64,000 nucleotides of DNA from a virus. Its lineage: Duplodnaviria > Caudoviricetes. Shown one piece after another: positions 1 through 9,280 of the stretch. Made by a program: the position numbers and the translations under genes. The first letter of the stretch is position 1, and each line of letters opens with the position of its first letter. The notes below the pieces were generated by a model. That model made no database searches. It was not told the origin of the DNA and saw nothing but the letters and a program-made list of their open reading frames with translations. The DNA is taken from positions 37,071-101,070 of IMG/VR virus record IMGVR_UViG_2889388703_000001. One strand, given 5' to 3'.

Positions 1-415
1 TGTTAACTTCCGTACCGAAAGTAGGGTCGTACACTACGTAATAACCTCCTGACGGGTTTTCTGCAAAGAAAATAGCGTCACCACGGTTTTTCAGGATGCG
101 GAGCACATGAGCTGCGTTTTCCACGTCCTTGTCTATGGTAAACATCAGCTGTACGTTGTATCCTTTCGCCCCTTCGTTACCAGTTGAAGAAATCTGTCCG
201 CTCTGTTTCTTAATACGGAACTTCCAGGCTCCTTTACTGGCCTTGAAAGTAAATGCTCCTGAAGAAAAAGCCGCTTTACTCTCATCGTATGTGGGAGGTG
301 CTTTCAAATCTTCCGGATAGGCTACATATATCTGATTACCGATACCGGCAAACTGTTCTTCGCAACCGGCAGCAGCCTGACCAATATCCATTAAGTCGCA
401 TGATAATTCTGCCAT
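1..415 (-). CDS. probable major tail (tube) protein, runs off the window edge
   Basis: Open frame from ATG 415 (MAELSCDLMDIGQAAAGCEEQFAGIGNQIYVAY...) with no stop before position 1; follows the capsid gene; CA-rich leader; beta-rich sequence. Confidence 0.6.
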   Translation of the reverse strand, partial: MAELSCDLMDIGQAAAGCEEQFAGIGNQIYVAYPEDLKAPPTYDESKAAFSSGAFTFKASKGAWKFRIKKQSGQISSTGNEGAKGYNVQLMFTIDKDVENAAHVLRILKNRGDAIFFAENPSGGYYVVYDPTFGTEVN

Positions 416-452
416 AATTGTCTAGTTTTAAAAGTTTGTGTTTGTGTTGTGA

Positions 453-474
453 AGGCTGCCAAACTTGGCAGCCT
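453..474. terminator. hairpin between capsid and tail genes (attenuator or mRNA stabiliser)
   Basis: AGGCTGCCAA-ac-TTGGCAGCCT; no U-tract on the minus strand. Confidence 0.45.
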
Positions 475-494
475 GTTTTATCTCAGCGGGCGGG

Positions 495-1751
495 TTACTC
501 TTTGTCTTCCGGCTCGAAGATGGCCTGAAGGTAGGTCGGGTATCCGTTGTAAACGATGTCACGCGGAGAGATTGTTGCACCGTCGCTCCATGCCTTGAAC
601 TTGTATCCAGATTCAGAAGCAGGAGTCAGTTTCACAGTTTCGTCCTTCGTATATACATCCTTTTGCGGAGACAGCGTTACCTTACCCCATTCTTCGTTGT
701 TGGAAGTAACGGTCAGGGTATTCTTCTGGTAGTCACCGTTCAGCTGTTCAATCTGTTCGATAGTACCGTCGCTCACACAGAACTTGGATGGTGCGATGTC
801 CAGAATACGTGCGCCTACGGTAGACTGTACCTGGAAAATCAGCACATTCAAGTCGTTCGGGTCGTGACTCATCATCACCGAGTTCCAGTCGCTTGCACGG
901 TCAAGACCGAACTGCAGGTTTTCAGGGAGAGTTGCAATCATACGATTACCCTTACCAATAATACCGTCGGTTACAATCTTGATGTTTTCCATTCCCACGA
1001 ATGAGAATCCTTCACCGCCTGCACTTGTAGTCTGCAATCCGGTAAACTTACGCATGTAGCTGTGGGTAATGAGTCGCTTCTGCTTCGGCGACATGTAAAC
1101 GATTACTTCCTGAGCGTTACGCAACAGCGGATGCCATCCTTCCACCCATTCTACAAATGCGTCGAAGTGTTCTCCATCCTGAGTTTCAGGACCTTCGTTA
1201 ATCGGGTCGCAAGCCACAAGGTTTCCTTCCTTGGAAGAAATCTTACCCTGATTAATAAGGTTGTTAATGATAGTCCAGTAACCGTTGTACAGACTGAGCG
1301 GGTCGTCTTCTCCCAATTCAATGTTACCGAAGAACAGGTTGCTCAGGTTGTCGCCGGCAAACTGCTTACCAATCTGACGAAGGATAAATTCTGTGACCGG
1401 TGCATTGTAGGTTCCGTTTGAACCCAGGATGCTGAACGGCTGTTTTTCGCGGAAGTTCTGAAGGTTTTCGTAGTAACGTGACCAAATCTGGTTCATCACC
1501 AGTTTGCTTTCGTCCATGAAACCAAGGGTTGACTTCAGCGTAGAACCTTCCTTGTAACGGCGGGCTTCACCACCCTTACGACGGAAAATGATTTGAGTCT
1601 GTGCGTATTCAATATCTTCGATAACCTTGATGCGAAGTTTGTTGAACACTGCCATGTTATCGAGAACCGGGCTTTCGATGATGTCCGGAGCAAGAATGTC
1701 TTTTACATGCGATACATTCTCTTCACTGAGTGCGTATAACTTTGTAGCCAT
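495..1751 (-). CDS. major capsid protein with C-terminal Ig-like/InlB-B-repeat-like domain
   Basis: 418 aa directly after protease/scaffold; C-terminal TLTVTSNNEEWGKV...GYKFKAWSDG...LQAIFEP repeat-domain signature. Confidence 0.75.
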   Translation of the reverse strand: MATKLYALSEENVSHVKDILAPDIIESPVLDNMAVFNKLRIKVIEDIEYAQTQIIFRRKGGEARRYKEGSTLKSTLGFMDESKLVMNQIWSRYYENLQNFREKQPFSILGSNGTYNAPVTEFILRQIGKQFAGDNLSNLFFGNIELGEDDPLSLYNGYWTIINNLINQGKISSKEGNLVACDPINEGPETQDGEHFDAFVEWVEGWHPLLRNAQEVIVYMSPKQKRLITHSYMRKFTGLQTTSAGGEGFSFVGMENIKIVTDGIIGKGNRMIATLPENLQFGLDRASDWNSVMMSHDPNDLNVLIFQVQSTVGARILDIAPSKFCVSDGTIEQIEQLNGDYQKNTLTVTSNNEEWGKVTLSPQKDVYTKDETVKLTPASESGYKFKAWSDGATISPRDIVYNGYPTYLQAIFEPEDKE

Positions 1752-1794
1752 ATTGTTTGTGTCTGGTTTAGTTTTTGTGTCGTGTTCTTATCTC

Positions 1795-2325
1795 TTATCG
1801 TGCTTTGCTGATTTCAACATCACGCTTGCGGCGGGCTTCAGCTTTTTCGCCCCAGCTCATGTTTTCACCGCATACGCTCTGCACATGGAACTGTCCGCTT
1901 TCCTGACCTCCGTTGTTGTCTTTCGGCGGGTCCTGCGGAGTAGGTTCCAGCTGTGCCGTTTCGCTCAGCTCCTTGATTTCCGCATCCTTCTGTTCGATGC
2001 TCTTCTGAGCTTCATTCAGCTTCGCTGTCAGGTCTTCCGATTCCTTCTTATGAGCGTCCTTCAATGAAGAAACCTCTTTTTCGTGTTCCGCTTTCAGGTT
2101 GGCCAGTGCTTCCGCATGGTCTTTCTTCATCTGTTCGATGGTTGCGTTAAGCTGTTCTACTTCCGTGAGTTTTGCAGCCAGCGTAGATTCCGTCTGTTTA
2201 GCTTTCATGACGAACTCTTCTACATTGTCCGCCATGGTTTCCACCATGTAGAAACCGCCGTTTTCTTCGACTACCAGGGAGTTTACCTTTGCAGCCGACT
2301 GAATAAATGGATAGCTTTTTGCCAT
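1795..2325 (-). CDS. putative nested scaffold protein (internal in-frame start)
   Basis: In-frame ATG (MAKSYPFIQ) preceded by CACAAACTCAAAAACAAGCAACT, the same CA-rich leader seen before other late genes. Confidence 0.5.
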   Translation of the reverse strand: MAKSYPFIQSAAKVNSLVVEENGGFYMVETMADNVEEFVMKAKQTESTLAAKLTEVEQLNATIEQMKKDHAEALANLKAEHEKEVSSLKDAHKKESEDLTAKLNEAQKSIEQKDAEIKELSETAQLEPTPQDPPKDNNGGQESGQFHVQSVCGENMSWGEKAEARRKRDVEISKAR

Positions 2326-3369
2326 AGTTGCTTGTTTTTGAGTTTGTGATTCTGTTTTATCTGATGCCGGCTGCTCCACAGAAGCCTGTTCCTGTGTTCC
2401 CGGCTGCTTTTCTTCCTTGATTCCTGATGGTTTGCTGTCTTCGCGTGAGGCTCCGGACGAATTTCCTTTCTGACTCTGACTCACTCCGGCCAGCTGCTGC
2501 ACGCGGTTCACGCAGAACTTGAAGTCGCCATGACCGTCGACCATGGTACCCACCACATCGCCCGCATCGAAAGTTTTTCCGGTCATCTGGTCATCCGTCA
2601 CTCTGGGACGGCGCTCGCGTACCATCTGCTGGAAATCGGCACAAAGCCGGTTCAGCTCTTCCTTGATGCCGTCATAGTTCCCCTCGGCCGCGTCGCGGTA
2701 CTCCTTGTTCTTATAAGGAGATCCGTCGGCGTAAATCTCGGCGTACCGTTCCTGAGTCACGGTGTTCACATCGCCGTCCTTGTTAGTGAGCATCGCGCAC
2801 ATTGTACCGATACATCCCACCGTGTCGTGCGGATTGGTGAAATACACTTCGTCGCACAGAGCCATCAGCGCATAACCGGCACTGCAGGCCATCCCGTCGA
2901 TGTGACCCACAATCTTCTTTCCTTTTGATCGGGCGTAGTTGAGGGCCATCTCATAGTCGTACTTCGCCATGCTGCTACCGCCCGGGCTGTCCATCTCGAT
3001 AATAAATCCGATGGTATGCGCATCGTCAGAAGCACGCATGATGATGTCCTTGTGTTCCTTGCTTCCGTAGGAACACAGGTCGCCATTACGAAGAATGGGG
3101 CCCTGTACGTCGATAACCGAAATGATGCGGTCGTCTTCCCCTATATCGTTCCATCCGGTTACATCATCGTAATCTCCGATGTAAGTCTTTTCAGCATATC
3201 CGGTACGCGAAGAAAGGAAGTAAGGTCGGTCGGTCCGCTCGTCCGGCTTCTCGTAAGGACGGTGTGAGGCAATGTTGTCAAGAATCGTTCTCCGGTAAGC
3301 ATGCAGAGACTCCGGGTAAAAGTCCCAGAATCGCGTAGACATGATTTCGTGAAATGCTCTTGTTGCCAT
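1795..3369 (-). CDS. S49 (SppA/ClpP-like) head maturation protease fused to coiled-coil scaffold
   Basis: DSPGG and GMACSAGYALMA motifs, VGCIG; C-terminal heptad-rich region; upstream of capsid gene. Confidence 0.85.
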   Translation of the reverse strand: MATRAFHEIMSTRFWDFYPESLHAYRRTILDNIASHRPYEKPDERTDRPYFLSSRTGYAEKTYIGDYDDVTGWNDIGEDDRIISVIDVQGPILRNGDLCSYGSKEHKDIIMRASDDAHTIGFIIEMDSPGGSSMAKYDYEMALNYARSKGKKIVGHIDGMACSAGYALMALCDEVYFTNPHDTVGCIGTMCAMLTNKDGDVNTVTQERYAEIYADGSPYKNKEYRDAAEGNYDGIKEELNRLCADFQQMVRERRPRVTDDQMTGKTFDAGDVVGTMVDGHGDFKFCVNRVQQLAGVSQSQKGNSSGASREDSKPSGIKEEKQPGTQEQASVEQPASDKTESQTQKQATMAKSYPFIQSAAKVNSLVVEENGGFYMVETMADNVEEFVMKAKQTESTLAAKLTEVEQLNATIEQMKKDHAEALANLKAEHEKEVSSLKDAHKKESEDLTAKLNEAQKSIEQKDAEIKELSETAQLEPTPQDPPKDNNGGQESGQFHVQSVCGENMSWGEKAEARRKRDVEISKAR

Positions 3370-3398
3370 TTTCGTTTGATAATTAATTGATTACATCA

Positions 3399-3440
3399 CG
3401 AAATTACGCACGCGAAATGCGGTAATGAAGGACACAAAAA
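3399..3440 (-). promoter_or_regulatory. late promoter motif, copy 1 (head operon)
   Basis: TGTCCTTCA-N19-TAATTTCG on the minus strand. Confidence 0.75.
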
Positions 3441-3743
3441 ATGACTAAATGCGTGAATTACAGAAATATGCGGATGCTCAAACGGATTTTCTCTGCAAAT
3501 AAAAACCTGCTAAGAATGAGCATGTTGTAAAACACACGGAGTTTGTGCGAAAAAAAGAAATTTGCGGCGGACGCAAAGAAATTGAAGAATGTCACAAAGA
3601 AGATAATGAAGATTTACCTGCATGACGAAAGAAAAACGCGCACAAAAAGAAAGGCCCAAAGAAAAAATGCCGCCCCACACACGTATGCAGGAACGGCATT
3701 CCAACGGAAAGAAAAAAGCAATATATATAATAAGGTGTAGATG

Positions 3744-4184
3744 TCAGACCACACGCTGTGCGCCGGTCACGTTGCGGATGGTGAGTGTGCACGAAATCAC
3801 GCCGTCGTCTTCCTCATACTGAAATTCATAACCGTCGCTCACGGCACGCACAAACATTTCACCGTCGCCAAATGTTCTTACAATCAAATGGTTAGTGCTG
3901 TTTTTCAGCGTTTCAAGCTGTAAATAGGTTTCCTGCGTCACCATCTCTACCTCCCAACTCACCGTCACTTCGTAAGAATCGCCGGCCACGCTGGTTTCCG
4001 CGCTCTCCTTCAGGCTCCCCGATTTCGGTTTCATCTGAATGGAAATCTTACGGTCGCCCGACACAGAAAAATCAGGTTTGTCACTTTTCTTCTCAATATT
4101 GAACGGGCGGGAAAACGTAACCGCGTCGTCCGGATAAGCTTCAATGCTGCCTATCAACTCGTAATAATTCTCGCTGCAATTCAT
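3744..4184 (-). CDS. probable virion/tail-completion-type protein
   Basis: 146 aa, beta-rich, CA-rich leader, adjacent to head operon. Confidence 0.5.
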   Translation of the reverse strand: MNCSENYYELIGSIEAYPDDAVTFSRPFNIEKKSDKPDFSVSGDRKISIQMKPKSGSLKESAETSVAGDSYEVTVSWEVEMVTQETYLQLETLKNSTNHLIVRTFGDGEMFVRAVSDGYEFQYEEDDGVISCTLTIRNVTGAQRVV

Positions 4185-4294
4185 GATTTATGTGTTGTTT
4201 TGTGGTTGAAAATGGCGACTGACAAAGTTACTGACAAATCGCACCAACTTTCTTCGTTTCTTTAACTTTTATTTATTGCTATTCATGTATAAAT

Positions 4295-4930
4295 TTATGG
4301 CGTGTATATACAGATTCTTCCGGTTCTCGACTCAAGCTCTTCTTTTCTCACTTTGATGTCAGACTTCATTCTGGATTTGATTCTCCACCAATATCGCATC
4401 ATGCTCTCAAATCTTTTCATGTCTATATCGTACAAAACAATGAAATCAGACATGACATCTTCGGAAGTAACATGTTCGCCCATTCTATTTGCCCGGAAAA
4501 TACAGTCATCATGAAATCTGGCGAAATCATACCAGAACTCACGTTTCAATTCATTCCTTATCTTCTTACTTCCGTTGATATTCAGGTGAAAAAACTTATC
4601 CACTTTCACCTCACCGCTAAATTTGCAGACGCTTTCAGGCATTTCCAACTCCAGGTAATCTTCTTTCTCTTTTTCAGTCAACATTTTAAACTGAGCGGTA
4701 AATAATGATTTCTGAGGTTTCAAATGAAAGGCTACTTCATTATAGGAAAAATCTGTTATACCCGAAAAATCTGCATCTCTGAACAAGTGAGTCTTCATAT
4801 ATACACCCAGAAGGCTGTTCTGAGGAAACCTGACCGGAGTTCCATACTTTATTTCGAAGTATTTCTTATAATAATCACTCACTTTAAGGAAGCATGAGTG
4901 ACGCTGCTCATTCATTGAATTTTTTGGCAT
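4295..4930 (-). CDS. hypothetical protein (possible DNA-binding regulator)
   Basis: ORF 4295..4957; likely ATG at 4930 (MPKNSMNEQ); basic C-terminal helices. Confidence 0.55.
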   Translation of the reverse strand: MPKNSMNEQRHSCFLKVSDYYKKYFEIKYGTPVRFPQNSLLGVYMKTHLFRDADFSGITDFSYNEVAFHLKPQKSLFTAQFKMLTEKEKEDYLELEMPESVCKFSGEVKVDKFFHLNINGSKKIRNELKREFWYDFARFHDDCIFRANRMGEHVTSEDVMSDFIVLYDIDMKRFESMMRYWWRIKSRMKSDIKVRKEELESRTGRICIYTP

Positions 4931-5054
4931 AGTAGTAAGATAAAGTCTGTAAATCAATTAATCAACAGCAAGTTACGGACGATTCAACACCAATCGGAAT
5001 TTCATTCAACAAAAAAAGGTTAAGCGACTGGGGCCTTATTTTGCGTGTTTTTCA

Positions 5055-5680
5055 CTATTTTGCAAAGCTGTGCAATTTTCTTGCAAAACACTTCTCAATA
5101 CTTATTTATTTAATTATCAATTATTTATAGTGTATAATAAATAATAAATAAATAGTTATTGCCGATTGTTCATTGATTTTGAAGTGAAGAAAACGTATTT
5201 TTTCGGTAAAGAACAGATTTCAGGCTGTCCGGCTTTTTCTCTTATGTCCATTGCGTAGCTCTCTCTGTTACACGGTGAAGTTGGATATAAAGGAAGTAGA
5301 ACGAAAGGGGAAAGGCGAGCTTTGTCGTCCCGCGTTCCGCAGGCCGACCTTTCCCTCCTTTCGTTCTTTCAGGTTTCCCTTCGGATTCCTTCCCCATTCG
5401 GACGCTCACAGGAAGAAATGATTCGACTGATGTACACCCTTCTCTACCCTACGAAAAATTTTTATTTTAAAGATTTTGTAAACTCGTTTTTCGTGAAAAA
5501 TCGGCAAAATATCAAAAAGTACAATACTTTTAATTGATTATCAGATAGTTATTCATTGCAAAAATTTCGCCAACGCTTCGCAATCTTTGCAAAATTGCTT
5601 ACAAATGATACTTAACTAACTGATTATCAAATTGCAAAATGTTTTGCAAAGGGTGTGTAAAACTTGTAATATTTGATACT
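5055..5680. other. candidate replication origin
   Basis: Within the largest non-coding gap; phased TGCAA-like repeats at 5061-5086 and 5557-5669; TGATTATCA motifs; AT-rich tract 5095-5160; downstream of the primase operon. Confidence 0.45.
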
Positions 5681-5740
5681 GAATTGATTTTATAAGCGAT
5701 TTTCTCTTTGTGCCGGAATGATTTTCTGAAAGTCTCGTTC

Positions 5741-5775
5741 CTATTAAGCGCGGTCGCAGTGGCGATACTACGCCA
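5741..5775 (+). repeat. REP-like palindromic element, copy 1
   Basis: CTATTAAGCGCG-N5-AGTGGCGATACTACGCCA, also at 61754-61788. Confidence 0.75.
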
Positions 5776-5816
5776 GTTTGGGATTTATGTAACTAAATAC
5801 TGCTTTCGTTGACAGA

Positions 5817-5860
5817 AAGAAGGCGTAAAAGTGCAATTACATACACTCATACGCCTTCTT
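5817..5860 (-). terminator. terminator of the leftward accessory operon
   Basis: AAGAAGGCGTA...TACGCCTTCTT inverted repeat. Confidence 0.55.
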
Positions 5861-5950
5861 AAAAATGAATCAGATTGTGATTAATTATCGTTTTAATTCG
5901 ACCAGTAGATAAAACTTATTGTACAGGCTTCGTTTATGAAGGGCTAAAAA

Positions 5951-6346
5951 TCATCCTTCTTTCGTGTCTCCTTTCTTCTGGTTATATTCTTTGTTTATTG
6001 AGTCTTTGAAAAGTTCTGCTTCCTTTTCTTTCATGCGGCGTTTCATTTCTTCGAGTACAGCAGCTTCTACCAACTGCCGGTTTTTCTTGACGATGGAAGC
6101 CCGCTCATAATCTTCATCTTTCACAAGCTGTTCGATTAGCCTGTTCTGTGCGTCGATGTAAACCGCGTCAATGGTGTGAGAGCTGAATTTTATGTAGTCG
6201 TCAATTTTGAGAACGGCGTGCTCCAGGTTGTCTATTTTCTTCTCGTTTCGTGTCATCCATCGCGAGATTGCCCGGTAGATCAGGAATAGCGCGGTGGAGT
6301 TAATGCAAACAAAAACGATGCTGATTATTAAGTCTGCGGTATTCAT
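5951..6346 (-). CDS. membrane-anchored protein with UVR-like motif
   Basis: N-terminal TM helix; LVKDEDYERASIVK resembles the UvrB/C coiled-coil motif. Confidence 0.6.
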   Translation of the reverse strand: MNTADLIISIVFVCINSTALFLIYRAISRWMTRNEKKIDNLEHAVLKIDDYIKFSSHTIDAVYIDAQNRLIEQLVKDEDYERASIVKKNRQLVEAAVLEEMKRRMKEKEAELFKDSINKEYNQKKGDTKEG

Positions 6347-6348
6347 AA

Positions 6349-6957
6349 TTAAAATTTGTTGTTCCCGTGCATGCGTGGACGGGTGCGGTTATACTTCATT
6401 TTTTGTTCGATGTGCCAGAGGAGGTCGAATCCTTTGATTTTGGACATGATAAATACTTCTTGTAATATGTCTACAAAGAATTGAAGAGTGGTAATATGAC
6501 ACACATTATACGATGCGATAAATCTTGTCAGATTGTAGCACCACTCTGTAAAAGTATTCTGGCTTTTATCTTTGTATGTCTCCTCCTTTATCTCAAGCGG
6601 GAATTTTACCCCTAAGAAACTAACTCCCAGCAAACCTGCCAGGTCAAGCATACGGATGCAGACATCAGAAAGTTCGTCTTCCACACTATCTTTTATATAC
6701 GCTTCAAAATCTTCCTGAAATCTTCTTACTCGGGTTTCTTCGCTAAATGGGATATTGTTTCCTTGCCATTCATTAAACTTTGCCACATCGGACCGTTTAC
6801 CTTTTCTTTCGGCCTGCACAGCTTCCATCAGCTCGCTAATGACCAGACAAAGGAAATGCTCGGTACTTAAATCCTCGTCGTGCCATCCGTGTTCTACGGC
6901 GTTCTGGTAGGCTTCATCTCTCAGTTTGTTCAGGTTTATCGCTTCAATTGTTTTCAT
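6349..6957 (-). CDS. MazG-like all-alpha NTP pyrophosphohydrolase
   Basis: LVISELMEAVQA and VEDELSDVCIR motifs; KMKYNRTR...HG tail. Confidence 0.75.
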   Translation of the reverse strand: MKTIEAINLNKLRDEAYQNAVEHGWHDEDLSTEHFLCLVISELMEAVQAERKGKRSDVAKFNEWQGNNIPFSEETRVRRFQEDFEAYIKDSVEDELSDVCIRMLDLAGLLGVSFLGVKFPLEIKEETYKDKSQNTFTEWCYNLTRFIASYNVCHITTLQFFVDILQEVFIMSKIKGFDLLWHIEQKMKYNRTRPRMHGNNKF

Positions 6958-7120
6958 CTATTACGTCTCCTTTCTTTAGTTTTCTTGCTTCTTTTTCATT
7001 TCTATAATACAGCGTGATAACACATGCCAGGCCATTCTTTTCGGCCACAGCCTGCACCTCGTATTTATTGGTACGTGCCCGGTAAAGTACGCTCACTATT
7101 CGCTTGATTGTGGTTGGCAT
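6944..7120 (-). CDS. small hypothetical protein (58 aa, not in ORF track)
   Basis: MPTTIKRIVSVLYRARTNKYEV...GDVIDENN; fills the gap and overlaps both neighbours. Confidence 0.6.
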   Translation of the reverse strand: MPTTIKRIVSVLYRARTNKYEVQAVAEKNGLACVITLYYRNEKEARKLKKGDVIDENN

Positions 7121-7542
7121 AGGCTATTCTCTCCGTTAATTATTTTAATTGCTTCCTCTAAAGTAATTTTACCAAAAATGTAATCCATTTTTACCTCTTT
7201 TAATTTCTCCTCTAATGTCTTTTCGTAGGTTATACATTTATTTTTTTCTATATCTGTTACCTCCCCAGATATTTCTCTGGCTTTATGCAATAAGTAATTC
7301 TCCGATTCTAACCGTTGAAGTTCTGTTTCTTTATCGGAAAGGAACTTTTCTTCCACCATCCGGATGGCTGAAATTGCATCCTCCAGGGTGACGTATGCTG
7401 TATGGCCTTCGCGCCTGTGCAGCCGGCCTTGGTCATCCGTGAAATCTCCACTGGGGAGAAGGTAAAGATTTTCTCTCTCCCATCTTACCCGGCTTCTGCA
7501 CCATACTTTCATGCGTCCCTTTAAAAATCGTATTGCGTCCAT
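7096..7542 (-). CDS. hypothetical protein
   Basis: Likely start MDAIRFLKG; tightly packed in operon. Confidence 0.6.
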   Translation of the reverse strand: MDAIRFLKGRMKVWCRSRVRWERENLYLLPSGDFTDDQGRLHRREGHTAYVTLEDAISAIRMVEEKFLSDKETELQRLESENYLLHKAREISGEVTDIEKNKCITYEKTLEEKLKEVKMDYIFGKITLEEAIKIINGENSLCQPQSSE

Positions 7543-7946
7543 TTTACTCTTTTTTCTATTAGTTCCAACATACGGTTGATTTTCATCCTTTGGCAGAGCT
7601 GCCACCAGTGTAAATCACGTTTTTGCTTCTTTATCTGAAGGTAAACGTCTTTAAGCACTCTTTCATTTACCTTTAAATCGCTGTTCTCTTGCTCTTCTAC
7701 ATTTAACCTTGTTTCTAAATAATGAATGTAGTCGGTTAATGAATTGTGAAAGAACAGGATGTGAGGTACATTTACATATTCATTGTTACCGATGTGTTTA
7801 TTATATATTTTCTCCCACCTACATTCTTTCCCATTTAAGGAAGTTTCCTCCCTACGTTTATTCATTCTGGTAAGGTCAGAAATCTTCTTTTCCATCCTTC
7901 TATATTCTGACAGAGGAATGATTATTTGTTTTTTATCTTCTTCCAT
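7521..7946 (-). CDS. hypothetical coiled-coil protein
   Basis: 141 aa ORF in packed operon. Confidence 0.6.
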   Translation of the reverse strand: MEEDKKQIIIPLSEYRRMEKKISDLTRMNKRREETSLNGKECRWEKIYNKHIGNNEYVNVPHILFFHNSLTDYIHYLETRLNVEEQENSDLKVNERVLKDVYLQIKKQKRDLHWWQLCQRMKINRMLELIEKRVKWTQYDF

Positions 7947-7951
7947 AGGCT

Positions 7952-8434
7952 TTAGTCTTTAGATTTCCAATCATTGCATAAATAATGGCTGTACGCCGTG
8001 TCAGAATAGAGCTTGCATTCACCCGCATCTGAATCCTCCGATGGAAGAAAATGAAGGCACGTGAGGCATTCTCTTTCTTCCTTTTTGTAGTCCTTGCACC
8101 CGGGAAGGAAGAAACCTGTATCTTCCCCATTGTATCCATTCCCTACCCTGAACCTGAGAGGACGGACAAACTCGCAAAGCTGACTGTTTGGCTTTTGTTT
8201 CTCTCCTTCTTTCAGCGGGCGGAAATGGATGCAGTCGTCGCAGAAATTCACGGTGCGTAGTTTTTCTTCCCTTGCAATGGGTTTCTTCCGGTTGAGCCAG
8301 TTGCTTGTGTCGTTTAACGGGCAGGCTCCGCAGTAGTAATCGTCTTTGTAGTAAAGACAATATCCTTCACAGAACACTCCTTTGATTTCTTTCAGCAGAC
8401 TGGCCTTTATCTTTTCGACGTTAGCATTTGGCAT
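7952..8434 (-). CDS. Cys-rich protein with three CxxC-type modules
   Basis: CEGYC..CGACP, CDDCIHF..C..C, CLTCLHF..C..C. Confidence 0.65.
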   Translation of the reverse strand: MPNANVEKIKASLLKEIKGVFCEGYCLYYKDDYYCGACPLNDTSNWLNRKKPIAREEKLRTVNFCDDCIHFRPLKEGEKQKPNSQLCEFVRPLRFRVGNGYNGEDTGFFLPGCKDYKKEERECLTCLHFLPSEDSDAGECKLYSDTAYSHYLCNDWKSKD

Positions 8435-8757
8435 GATTCTATCAGGTATTTGTCTATTTCAAACCGGAGATAAAAGAATACGGTCCAACCCAAACGGTCT
8501 ATATGCTCGAAGTATTTTACATACTGGAATCCTTTTATATTCAGGTATCTTTTGAATATCTTGAATCCAGCTGACATTTCCTTGTATTCTATATTATAGT
8601 CATCCGGGCGCCATGGTGCGCACTGACTGAGTAACATCTCCCTATATTCTTTGGGACATTTCTTTATCTCTCTTATGGCTCCTTCCATAAGGCGCTTTGC
8701 CACGATGTTGGTCTTTTTAATGTGGTTGAATTTGAAATCTTCTGGTATGAATATCAT
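8407..8757 (-). CDS. hypothetical protein
   Basis: 116 aa, ATGA overlap with upstream gene. Confidence 0.6.
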   Translation of the reverse strand: MIFIPEDFKFNHIKKTNIVAKRLMEGAIREIKKCPKEYREMLLSQCAPWRPDDYNIEYKEMSAGFKIFKRYLNIKGFQYVKYFEHIDRLGWTVFFYLRFEIDKYLIESCQMLTSKR

Positions 8758-8969
8758 GGCTTTTCCTCCACTTTTTCAAACACTATATCCGTTTTATCTT
8801 CTCTGTCAGCATGGTAACAACTGCCAATAAATTCTTGTACAGCTGTACAATATTCCAACCCATTCAAAGCGCATCCTGTACAAGTTCCAATCTTTTCTTG
8901 TTTTACTACTTTAAGCTTTACAAGTCCACATTGAAAAACTTCTCCTATTTCAAATTCTTTCTTTGCCAT
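8754..8969 (-). CDS. small Cys protein, MAKKEF family copy 1
   Basis: Paralogous to 53983 and 54542 (GExFQCGLVKL...REDKT.VIF.KVEE). Confidence 0.75.
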   Translation of the reverse strand: MAKKEFEIGEVFQCGLVKLKVVKQEKIGTCTGCALNGLEYCTAVQEFIGSCYHADREDKTDIVFEKVEEKP

Positions 8970-8972
8970 AAT

Positions 8973-9235
8973 TCAATCTATTATTCCTAATTTTGAAAGT
9001 AAATATCGAAATCTAAGTGTTGCTACTATCCCTGCTTGCTTTATATACTCGTCTTTTACGGAAAAAGTTTATCATACAAACTCATGTAATCATCACTTTT
9101 ATTTAGATCCATGCCGAAAACAAACATGTCCCACGCCTGCATATCCATTTCATTGCTCAGAATAATATCGCAGACTTTTTTATTGTTGCCGTTATTTAAG
9201 GCTTTAGCTAATTGTCCTTTTGTTTCCCATTTCAT
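8973..9235 (-). pseudogene. frameshifted hypothetical gene
   Basis: MKWETKGQLAK...LYDKLF; adding one T to the T5 run near 9062-9066 restores an 87-aa ORF ending ...LSKLGIID. Confidence 0.6.
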
Positions 9236-9280
9236 AATAAGTCCTCTATTTCAGGCGTTAAATCTTCAATGTAAGCAAAT

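Noticed and set aside
3510-3822. Short overlapping ORFs in the 3440-3740 gap
   Set aside because: Low-complexity A-rich translations in several frames; the region looks like terminator and intergenic DNA.
4223-4260. Seventh late promoter upstream of 3744..4184
   Set aside because: Has TAACTTTG but lacks TGTCCTTCA at the 19-nt spacing.
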